A stretch of DNA of 63,469 nt, filler included, from Collodictyon triciliatum (lineage: Eukaryota), in the NCBI GenBank assembly GCA_043381765.1. It is 21 parts of 21 records of this genome, joined end to end, with 100 filler letters (N's around TTAATTAATTAA, not from the genome) between each part and the next. Parts side by side here need not be neighbours in the genome. Positions count along the whole stretch, not along the records: positions 22,305 to 25,388 come from JBHJMP010007820.1; positions 25,489 to 28,572 come from JBHJMP010007821.1; positions 28,673 to 31,754 come from JBHJMP010007822.1; positions 31,855 to 34,935 come from JBHJMP010007823.1; positions 35,036 to 38,117 come from JBHJMP010007824.1; 16 more parts are not named here. One strand, 5' to 3'. The position numbers and the translations under genes are program-made. Of this stretch, positions 24,135 through 35,352 are shown piece by piece. The notes under the pieces were generated by a model. The model did not search any database. It saw only the letters and a list, made by a program, of their open reading frames with translations, and was not told where the DNA came from. Position 1 is the first letter of the stretch, and the number at the start of each line of letters is the position of its first letter.

Positions 24135-25388
24135 ATGACAGGTCTTTGCTTGTCAAAGATTACCTTCGGTAAGCCCTTTTTCCATCAAACTATATTACTG
24201 CAAAGTCCTAAATTATCAATTTTTCTAGGGCTTATAGGATTCAGCCTAATTTCAATGAGTATTTGCCAAGTTTCATTTATTCTTAGTGCCACTACAGGGC
24301 ATACTTCTATTGTAACCAGTGTCTTTGTGGATTCAAATGTTCCAAACTTCGTTTCAGGGAGTGGAGATAGAACAATCAACATTTGGAATTTATCTGGTGG
24401 AGTGCTCAACATCACATTAACGGGCCACTCAGACGTTGTAAATAGTGTAACTTACACTCCTGATGGGTCCAAAATAATTTCGGGAAGTGGTGATAGAACG
24501 ATCAATATATGGGATAGTGCTGACGGAAGCTTGATTCGCACTTTATGGGTATCCAGTTATATACACTGCATCTCAGTGACCCCTAATGGTTTATATGTAG
24601 TTACAGGAACATATGATAAGTTAATTAGGATATGGGATATTAAAAACGGAGGTTTAATTCGCAATATAGGAGGTCACAGCCGGGATGTTTTGACTGTTGC
24701 TGTTAATAAGGATGGTACAAAAATTGTTTCTGGAAGCGCCGACTTGACAATCAAAATTTGGAATTTTTCGAATGGCCAGTTAATACGCACATTGACTGGC
24801 CATACAAGTCGTGTCAACACAGTTATTATCACTTCGGATAGTTCAAAAATCATTTCAGGTGGTGAAGATAAATCTTTAAAAATATGGAACTTTTCTGACG
24901 GTTCTGTAATTCAATCACTTCAAGTTCATACTGGTTCAATAAACAGTATTGCAATCACATTAGATGGAACGAAGATTGTTTCCGGAAGCAGCGACAGTAC
25001 TATAAAAGTTACTGACATCATTAACGGGAGTATCATTCGTTCACTTGCTGGGCACACAGGAGCCGTAAAAACGGTGGCCATATCAACTGATGGCTCAAAA
25101 ATTATTTCTGGAGGTGCAGATCGAACAGTTCGAGTGTGGAATTTCTCAGGTGGAAGTCCATTGTACTCCAGAGGTTCGAGTGTTACGTGCTTGATTTCTT
25201 CCATATCAAATTCATTGTTTCTATCGGGGCATGAAGACAATATAGTCAGAATCTGGAATTTATCCAACGGAAAATTTGTTCGCTCCTTGATTGGTCATTC
25301 AGACATAGTGAACACATTAATATTATCACCAGACAGTTTAAAAATTATTTCAGGAAGTGCTGATAAAACAATTAGAGTCTGGAACGTG
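24135..25388 (+). CDS. Intronless WD40-repeat protein (at least 9 repeats) with N-terminal hydrophobic signal/anchor; 3'-partial
   Basis: LSIFLGLIGFSLISMSIC precedes GH...WN/WD repeats similar to those at 3630-4667. The ORF runs into the linker. Confidence 0.9.
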
Positions 25389-26480
25389 NNNNNNNNNNNN
25401 NNNNNNNNNNNNNNNNNNNNNNNNNNNNNNNNTTAATTAATTAANNNNNNNNNNNNNNNNNNNNNNNNNNNNNNNNNNNNNNNNNNNNACAAAAAACAAA
25501 AAACAAAAAACAAAAAACAAAAAACAAAAAACAAAAAACAAAAAACAAAAAACAAAAAACAAAAAACAAAAAACAAAAAACAAAAAGGATATGAAAAGAG
25601 AGGGAAAACAGCAACTTCGCGCAGTTCTCCACAATTGCCCTCTTTTTTTTTTTTTTTTTGGTACAGCCTTTTACCCCATGTCTGAAGTTGGAGATCAGAA
25701 CGACGATCAGCAACTCCCAAAACCTTCGTCGACGCCGATGCCTGAAAAGTAGGACTTTCCCTTTCCCTTTCCCTTTCCCTTTCCCTTTTCTTTTCTTTCC
25801 TTTCCTTTTTTCTTTCCTTTTTTCTTCTTTCCTATCCATCTCTTTGCCAAAAAACTACCAGCCCCTCAACCCCCTCTCCACGGAGTTTCTAACCATATTG
25901 CGGTCTCTCTATCTAAAAGAAAGATCGACTGGAATGAGTTGACTGAAAAGGCAGAGGAAGAAACAAAGACGCACAATATCCAAGGTCAGCAAAAACAGGC
26001 GAGCAACGCCCAAGTTCAGTCTCAAAAAACAACTTCACCGGAACCCATAGCACAGTTGCCACTGCCTCGGGTGCGTCTCTTTCTTTTATCTTTTCGATAT
26101 GGAGTATGATTTCCATATTACTCCTATTTATTTGTTCATTTAAATAACTGCTGCTCGCTAGATGTCTTGGCACATAATCTATGTTTTTTTATATCTATAC
26201 AATGCCCAACAGCCTGATGATTGCTTTACATCCACAAAAACACCTTTGTCTATCTTTTCTTGTTGGTATCCTTTTCATGTCTCCTTTCCCCTTTTCAGCT
26301 TTTTCTCCTTCTGTATTTATATTTGACCTTGAAATTTAGCAGCCAAAACCTGTTGGCGAAATCAAGGTTTCCGTCCAAATAACCAAAGAGGGAGTTTCCC
26401 GTTCGTGTAGCTTGGACGAATCTGGCGCTGAAAAAAGAGGAAATCACAAAGGACGTGAAACGCAAGAGAAAAAGAGGGAG

Positions 26481-28296
26481 ATGATGGACTCTCATTGGAG
26501 CTTATCCAAGGTTGATTTAAATGAAAAGCTTGGAGCAGAGCAAAGAAAGACCAAAGGCCAGCAACAGCAAAAAGGAAAAGACATCAACTCAGCCGACGAA
26601 AAAAGCGATGAACATAGTAATTTTGGTTATTTTTTTTTAATATGCCAACTTAAAGCTGCTGTCTTTTCTGATAGACCCTTTCTCTTTTGATAATTGATTC
26701 ATATATTTTGACTACGATGGACGTCTACTTACATTCAGCCCTTAAAAAAAAAACCTAGGTGCTACCAGAACAGAGAGTGAAGAGGACAAAGAAAAGTTAT
26801 TACAAAAGATTAGATTGTCTCTCATGTTATATATGGATTGTCTTTGCTTTATTGCCAAATCATAATTCAGTGTCTAAATTTGCTGAATTCAAAGGGATAA
26901 GGACTCGACCCCACATCTCGACATGAAACACGGATTTGTTCGTGACATCATTCGAAACCAGTTGGACCGAGATGCATATGAGCAACGCTGGCAGCAACAG
27001 CAGTTGGAAAAGAAGAAGCAAGAAGAAGAGGACAAGAAAACACATGAGGAAGAACACAGGAAAAAGAGAGAATCCAAAGGGCGCAAATCTGGTATGCCTA
27101 TGGCATATATTCTATATATTTTTATGTTTTCTTATATTTTGTCGCTCACTCCATTTGGACTAAAAGTAACATCTGCATTCAAATACATCATAAGATAATT
27201 TATTTTGAAGTACCAATTCACTGGAAATCGCATTTTGAAGGAATTGTTTATATTTCTAATTATTTATTGATTGTAAACAAAACTAAAATTCATTCGGTTC
27301 TGGAACACCACTGTGTCTGCCAAAAGATGACCCGGTATTTAGTATTTCATCATATCACCAAACACACTCTCAGTTTGATGATAAAGTAATGCGAATAAGT
27401 TCCATCAAATCCCTCATCACTGGAGCCCCTCACCAACAAAAGCCACAAAGATACTCGATGATACATCTGACTCACATACCCCCATTAACTCTGCTCATTC
27501 TTCTTTTATCCTCACACAGCTCACGACAAAATCATGGGGTCACGATGGCTATCATGAGCTCACGGCCATGGAAGAGAAAGAAGCCTCTGAGCGAAGCAAA
27601 AGGTACGAAGAGCAGGAGGAAAGACGTCGGTTGTCGCACGAGGAGCGAATGAAGACAAGGAAGCCGCTCACAGACTCGCAGCCATTATATGTCCCACCGT
27701 CCCGAAGAGAAGGCTACAAGCCTCGCGTCTCATCCGGAAATACACCCGAGGCATCACCGTCCAAGGACAGCGATTCCAAATCGACTCCGGGCAAGCCGAG
27801 CCCTTCTCCCCTGGAAAAGACACCGACCAGAGAGCAGGAGGTGCAAAGAAGGCCGCAGAAGGAGAGGAGCGGCGCTGTGCATCCATCCACACCGACGCAA
27901 ACAAGGTCGCGCCACCCGGATGGAAACAGCAAAAAGAGCACGCAGCCAAACCTGACTCCATCAAAAGCAGACGATGCAGCGAACCGAGCATCGGAGAGGA
28001 TTGAGGGCCGGGTTCACCAAAGGAAAGAGGATGCCTCGCAAAGGAGTCAATACAGGCGCAAGGACCAGACGCCCTCTTCGCCTGCAGCCGATGCGAAGAG
28101 TACTGAGGCTGTTGAGCTCGTTGGTGAAGAGAAAGCGATGGTTGATGTTGAGAATGCGAGTGAGAATGCGCAGACGGAGATGTATAATTCTGATGGTGGA
28201 GACGAAGCCAGTTTCCAGAGGGATGGCGAGGATCCGATTTTGTTTGTGGGAATCGAACTACCTGATGGGCAAACGGCTAAGATGACAGTTTTCAAG
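26481..28296 (+). CDS. UPF0561 / C2orf68-like protein; multi-exon, 3'-partial
   Basis: Spliced product contains HLDMKHGFVRDIIRNQLDRDAYE (recalled C2orf68 motif LDMNHGFVHHIRRNQIARDDYD), LYVPP, and C-terminal ILFVGIELPDGQTAKMTVFK. Confidence 0.7.
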
Positions 28297-28510
28297 GTTA
28301 CTTTCGCATTTTTGCATAGCATGTTCCCTTTCCTGTTGCAGTTATATCCAACCTATCTCTTTGTCTTTCGCTCTTGCAGTCTGTTCATGTCACATTAGAC
28401 TTGGGGTGTTTTTCTTTCTCGGTCTCTTGAGACATCTCCCGTTCTTTTGTTGTGTTGGTGTGCTTGAGCCTGAATTGGGCTAGAAAAAAAAAGAGGAAAA
28501 AAAAAAGAGG

Positions 28511-28541
<31 letters not shown>

Positions 28542-28819
28542 AAAAAAAAGAAAAAAAAAAAAAAAAAAAAAANNNNNNNNNNNNNNNNNNNNNNNNNNNN
28601 NNNNNNNNNNNNNNNNTTAATTAATTAANNNNNNNNNNNNNNNNNNNNNNNNNNNNNNNNNNNNNNNNNNNNAAAAAAGAAGAAAAAAGAAGAAAAAAGA
28701 AGAAAAAAGAAGAAAAAAGAAGAAAAAAGAAGAAAAAAGAAGAAAAAAGAAGAAAAAGAAGAAAAAAGAAGAAATGGGGATTTTTATTTGGTTGTTGATT
28801 AGATAGTTGTGGCATCATA

Positions 28820-29316
28820 CGGAAAATCTGTCGCATGGATGGTATGAAAGCACAAGGACGAGCTGAGCATCTTCTCTTACAGCACCAACGAGTTGGGAGA
28901 CAAAAGGAACACCCGAATCGCCTCTTTCATTTCCCCAAAAGTTTGTGTAAAAGGGATTAACGTAATAAGACACTCCGTACTCATGAATCATAATTACAAA
29001 ATGATGAAGATAATAGACTGCATATAGGTTTCACAGATGGTTGACAAACAGGGATACCTCACTAAAAGACTTTCCGCAGAAAGAAATGTAAGAGGGAAAG
29101 AAAGATGATATTTCAACTTGAGAAACAAAAAAAAAAAAAAAAGGTATGAAATACTCACTGCAGCTTGTTCAGAAACTGCACTTCCCTGAGAATTCTGCCC
29201 TGTGCTTCACAAGTCCTGGTCAGAATCTTGAGGACAACAGAGGGGTATGCGGACCTGAGGGTGTCGTCATTTGGCACAGCACGATAAACCACACTAAACG
29301 TTCCTATGCACAATAC

Positions 29317-29347
<31 letters not shown>

Positions 29348-29823
29348 CAGTATAAATAAATCATGTGGCGTAATCCCTAGAGCAGCATAAAAACCAGCGG
29401 ACGCTAGTCATGTGAAAGAACAGACAGACAGACAGACCGACCGACCGACACACCCGCCCACATGGACAAAGACAAGGCAACAGAGACGCAAACGCACGAA
29501 CCTTCGCCAACCTTTTCGCAGACGCAGAACCTGCCGAGGATGGCATGAGTGCGCAGAAAGGGGTGCGCCTCGGAGGCGCCACAGGCGGGCGCACCAGCAG
29601 AGGCGTCCAGGGGCGGGGGCGCCGTGCGGCCGAGGCGGGCGCGTTTGCAGCCGGGGGCGGCGTCGGTCTCGTCCGCCTCCTCAAAGTCGTGGCTGCAGAA
29701 GCCCTCCTCGAAGTGCTCCCGCCCGGCGGCCTCGCTCACAGCCGTGCCCAGCGACGGCGCAGTCGACGGCGTCAGCGAAGCCGTGCGTCCCTCCTCCGCC
29801 GACGAGCGGCACTGCTCCTCCAT
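28820..29823 (-). CDS. CDC7: CDC7-like Ser/Thr kinase, N-terminal exons
   Basis: Exons 29823-29502, 29303-29159 and about 28925-28820 give EKVGEGTFSVVYRA...VVLKILTRTCEAQGRILREVQFL...LVLVLSY. GEGTFS and the spacing are CDC7-like; the catalytic loop is not in the contig. Confidence 0.62.
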
Positions 29824-30019
29824 CCTCTGCGCGTCGGCCTGCGGGCTGCAGCCACACTCTTAGTCTTAATCAGCCCACACACGGAGTCCGGATTACCGCT
29901 TGCCTCCCGCTGCCTTCCGACAAAGCCTGACGGATCCAGATCGCAGCTGCAAGGTTTCTCAATAACAAACAAAAAAACAAAAAAAAAAAGGGGTGACATG
30001 AAGGGAAAAAAAGAAGCGC

Positions 30020-30091
30020 TGGAGATAACGGGGATCGAACCCATGGCCTTTCGCATGCAAAGCGAACGTGATACCACTACACCATATCCCC
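30020..30091 (-). tRNA. tRNA-Ala (anticodon UGC), intronless
   Basis: GGGGAUA/UAUCUCC acceptor stem with G3:U70, anticodon arm UUCGC-UUUGCAU-GCGAA, T-loop GGUUCGAUCC, and a downstream T-run Pol III terminator. Confidence 0.97.
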
Positions 30092-30362
30092 TGCTCTTGA
30101 TGGATGAGAAAATTATAACATCATAGAATCAAATATATACAAATCTGGAAAAGTAACAATTTTATTTTGTCCTCAGCAACAGAATCAATCAATCAATCAA
30201 TCAGCGCCTGTCTCTTTTTCCTCCTCCTCCTCAGCAACCCCCACGCTCACGGAGCAGGCCGTGCCCAGAATACTCGGGCGCAGAGAAGCACGCCCCCCGA
30301 CCCGGTGCAGCGCGCCCTGCCTGAGCAGAACCGCCGCCGAGCCGCGCAGACCCGCCGCCGAG

Positions 30363-30724
30363 ATGCGCCGCACACGGTCGGACGAGGGCGTTGCGCTGGT
30401 GCCGGCACAGAAGCCGCCGCGGGTCCCGTCGGTCGCCCCACCGCGCGCGGGAGTGAAGCCGCCGCTGCCTGCCTTCCCGCCACCCCCCGCCTCGTCCGCA
30501 CCCCCCGCCCACGGCACGGCCCCCGCCGCAGTCTCGCGCCTCAGCATTGTGCGCTCGCGCTCAAAGAGCGTCGACGCGACGGCCCGGTCTGCGGGTGTGG
30601 TTGGCTCGTCGTCGTCGCCTTCTTCGCCCCTGCTGCGGGTGACCCATTCTGTTCTGTGGGCTGTCTAATATTGTGCTCTGGAGAAAAGTGTGCCTGTGGG
30701 AATGCGCGGCTCCTGTGGTCTAAC

Positions 30725-30822
<98 letters not shown>

Positions 30823-31617
30823 CTTTCTTTCTTTCCTCGCCAGACATACAAAATCGATGCGCAGGATGCGGTGAGGCACGCACCCCCAAGAATGCTCTTT
30901 TCAAAGTCTGGCCTGGTCAGCGTATACGCGGTGACGTGGAACCTTTTTGGACAGGTCTGCCATGATTCTGCCTTTTGGTGGCTAGAGAAACCGCACCTTT
31001 TTTTTCTTTTCATCGACTTCCTTCCGTCTCTTTATTTATTTATACTCATTGGCTGGTGATCTTTCTTCAAGATTCATTAACTTTGTGGGTGTTCAGCTGC
31101 CGAGTTCAGATCTATCTGGCGTCCTTCCGCGAAACAAGTTCCACATCTATGCAATCGGCACACAGGAATGTCAAAGGTCCATCCAGAAATCTATCGTCTT
31201 TCCATCCAAAAAGAAATGGGAGCAAACGCTGCAGCTGCATTTTGAGCCCGAGTATCAGATGATTCACTGCAGAACACTTGCTGCCATTCATCTCGCCATT
31301 TTTGTACATAAAAGTGTCCTTCCATATGTAAATGGTATGCTTTCTTCCTCTCATATTCTCTCCTTTCATGACAATGCAATTTAACTCTTAAAACACTAAG
31401 TTGTATTCATTTATCCTCTGGATATCATTCTCAAAATGAGAAGATGCTTTTTTATTTTATTTTTCATTCCCCCTTTTTATTACACAAAATACACCAGACA
31501 TACGTTCCGCTCGTGTGGCCACCGGTGTGGGTAAAATCATTGGAAACAAAGGCGGTGTCGGAATATCATTCAAAATTGGAAAATCCAAACTCTTATTTAT
31601 AAATTCTCATTTTGCAG
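30363..31617 (+). CDS. Inositol polyphosphate 5-phosphatase (INPP5E-like); 3'-partial
   Basis: Pro-rich N-terminus, then VYAVTWN, HIYAIGTQEC, TLAAIHLAIF, VATGVGKIIGNKGGVGISF and LFINSHFA across four GT-AG exons. Confidence 0.9.
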
Positions 31618-31989
31618 GTTAGGGATTTTTCAGTTATCATGTTCCACTTAAGATTCATTCTGATTCCCAATATTTTTTTTTTTAAAAAAACAAAAATAAA
31701 AAAACAAAAATAAAAAAACAAAAATAAAAAACAAAAATAAAAAAACAAAAATAANNNNNNNNNNNNNNNNNNNNNNNNNNNNNNNNNNNNNNNNNNNNTT
31801 AATTAATTAANNNNNNNNNNNNNNNNNNNNNNNNNNNNNNNNNNNNNNNNNNNNAAGAAAAGAAAAGAAAAGAAAAGAAAAGAAAAGAAAAGAAAAGAAA
31901 AGAAAAGAAAAGAAAAGAAAAGAAAAGAAAAGAAAAGAAAAGAAAAGAAAGTAGATCAAAGTATAAGGTGATTTGGAAGAAAAAATACC

Positions 31990-34727
31990 CTTGACCAAGT
32001 CCCGCAGCATTTTCTTAGCGAGTAAAGGACACGCACGAAGGCCAGGTGACACATTCACTTCGATTATCCAAGGATTCCAGTCTTCATCCATCATATAATC
32101 GATACCATAGAGTTCACACGAATTCTGACCGTCGTAACCAAGAATCAACTCAAATAAGTACTTGTCCAATTGACATAAGCGCCCACACAATTTTTATTCA
32201 ATGCGGGAGGTAATATACTTACAGGCCGGGATTTAACATACGGCTGGCAACATCGCAGAGTCCAGATTGCTATGTCCTTCATTGTAGACCTCGTCGTCTG
32301 TGTCCATTGTTTTGTGCTTATCTGGTTGGCACTACACAAGAAGAAAAACGAGGGTAAAATTGTAACACTTTCAATATTGTTTCAAAATGATGACGTACAG
32401 TAAAAAAATAAAGCAAAATAAAGCAAAATAAAGCAAAATAAAGCAAAATAAAGCAAAATAAAGCAAAATAAAGCAAAAAGAGCAAAAAGAACAAAAAGAA
32501 CAAAAGAAAGAATCTTGCTAAACTATTCGGATTTGTTTAATGCATGCAATCTCATGTAATCAGAGAGTACACTAGATGCTCCACAAATTCCTTCGAAGTC
32601 CAAGAGAGACCACGCAGGTCGGGTGATTGCTTCTCGTTCTGCTTTTGGACCGAATGGTTACACAGATGGATAAATCTAATTTGTTGAGGAAAAAGGTTTT
32701 ATATAGTTTTTCTCAAAAGATATACAAATAAAACTTCAATGATAGTCATTATTGATAGCATTTTTTCGCTTTTTTTGTATGAAAGAAACAAATACCTGTT
32801 TTCTGTATTTGTGATGTCATACTTTTCCGACGCGAAACGAAGAATGCAATCATCGTAAAACCAGATAATTAACGGGTCCCATGAAGTCACCAAAACCCAC
32901 TGCCGGAAATCAAATTTATATCCATTTATTAAAAAGGGATTTTCAATGTACTTCTGAACAACCCTGGCATTCTCGTTTCGAGAAGCAATAATCTCTTTGA
33001 AATCCCTTGTGCAGCTCACCCCTTAAATAAAATATCACGAAAATACAACTGAGAAATATTCAACTTTTTTAAAAGATTTTAAACCTACATACATACAATA
33101 GTTGAAAAGAGTTTTACATAGGTACATAGTAAACTAAAGAGGGAGATTATACCATAGCCTTTCGATGAAACAGACAGCTTCATAATCCAAATATTCCGAC
33201 TCCCATTAATTTCATATTGCTTACTTCTCTTGCGCATTTCCCAAAGAATGGAATTCGCGGATGATGAGAGATAAATAACATCCGGTGGGGAATCAAAGTC
33301 AAAGTGATAGCAGCGGTCCTTGATTTTCTTGTGCCCTTTGAGTTCAGCGTCCAGTTCGGAGAAAATCATTTGGGTGATGTCATGACTAATTTTGTAATTC
33401 ATGGATGAAAGGGAAAGAATAATGTCCCATTCGTCATCACTTAGAGGATAAACAAGTTTGCACAACAGGTCAGGTGAAATATCCTATGTTTTTTTCTGGT
33501 TATTTACTTTTGTTTGTAGAAAATTGCCAATACGTAGATTGAATGTATCTGTTACGCTTTTTTTTTTCACCAATGTGGATTAATAATAATTGTTCGTATA
33601 AAGTGTCGCCTTTCTTCTTTTTTTTAAAAAAAAAGGGGAGAGAATAAATAGCCATAATTATATACCTCACTAAGGTTTTCTTGGAGATTAAGGGACTCTA
33701 TGTGAAATCGACAGGCACGAATGGCCATGTTCACAATGTAGAGCGGTAACAGTGACACTTTTGGATGTTTCACTGTAAAGCAGGGGATTTATTATGCGAA
33801 AAACTTATAACATAAGCACACGTCAATTTTTGAAATTTAAGGAAAGAAGGAAAGAAGGAAAGAAGGAAAGAAGGAAAGAAGGAAAGAAAACGGATGCATA
33901 TGTTCCGCATCATCTTGGCTTACACATTTTATCTGGGATGGCTGAATCCCAACGCAAGAATTCAATAGAACCGCCCTCTACCTTTGTGAACATTTTCAAT
34001 ATTCCCTCCACAGCAGTGATTTTAAAATCATCTATATGTGCATGCATATATGGTGAATCGATAAGTAATTAAGTGAGTAAAGCACATATAAATTGATTGG
34101 ATAAAAAAATATAATTATAAGTATAACTGAATGAAATTTAACACTACTAAAAAATTCTTTGAACTCGGCTGAATCTCCTAAATCATAGCATCTCGGATAA
34201 AATCTATGCAGGTCTTCGCTTTCAAGCCACGCAAGCTGACGCAGAGACTTGCACAGTCCAAGCTTAAAAATAAATGGTATGAGCCATCTTCAATTCTAAA
34301 ATTAAGTTTGTGTTGCATTTTGTGATTCTAAAATCAGAACCACAGCTCTTACCTTTGTTGTGAGCATCTCAACTCCTTCGAAATGATTGACGATTTGCTT
34401 CTTTGACAAGTGATTAAAATCAATATCTGATGAATACATGGTCCACTTCAAGTCAAAAAATGAGCCCTTTGGGTCGGGGTTTTCTTTCCACCTAGGTAAA
34501 CAACGCGGATATCAAAGAGATTGAATCTTCCACTCTTACCAATTTCAACATAAATTAAATACTACAGAAAATAAAAAAATCGCAATTGACATAATATCTT
34601 TAAAAGACGTTTGCAAATATTTCCAAGCTCAATGTGAAGCACAAAAGTGTTAAATATAACATAATAAGTACCCGCGTGAGTTCAATTCCGAGCGAATTTC
34701 ATCACACCCGCCAATAATCGAAAATAT
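31990..34727 (-). CDS. Tubulin-tyrosine-ligase-like glycylase (TTLL3/TTLL8 family); partial
   Basis: GWKEN..FDLKW, QIVNHFEG..LTTK|LGLCKSLR, FYPRCYDL, RNIWIMK, VVQKYIENPFLI..KFDFRQWVLVTSWDPL, FIHLCNHSVQK, ELYGIDYM..PWIIEVNVSP. Confidence 0.9.
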
Positions 34728-34840
34728 CTGCGGCAAAAGTTATTTATTCTAGAGTTAAGAAAGGGACATACTAAAAACAATGATGATAACGTTATCTTAT
34801 TCGACTCAAATTCATAATAATAATAATAATAATAATAACA

Positions 34841-34935
<95 letters not shown>

Positions 34936-35352
34936 NNNNNNNNNNNNNNNNNNNNNNNNNNNNNNNNNNNNNNNNNNNNTTAATTAATTAANNNNNNNNN
35001 NNNNNNNNNNNNNNNNNNNNNNNNNNNNNNNNNNNAAAAACAAAAACAAAAACAAAAACAAAAACAAAAACAAAAACAAAAACAAAAACAAAAACAAAAA
35101 CAAAAACAAAAACAAAAACAAAAACAAAAACAAAAAACAAAAAACAAATAAAAACAAAAAACAAATAAAAACAAAAAAACAAATAAAAACAAAAAAAACA
35201 AAAATACATAAACAAAAAACAACATAAACATGAAAACATATGAGCATATATAAAGAAGAGAAGAAACGAAAATGGCAACAACGAATAACCAAACAGAAAT
35301 ACCACTATTGTAGCTCGGACGCCTCCATAGATCCACTTGTCAAACTGCCAAT

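Noticed and set aside
25660-26495. Minus-strand gene divergent from the C2orf68-like gene
   Set aside because: Exon-like stretches exist, but there is no recognisable motif and its start would overlap the neighbour's start.
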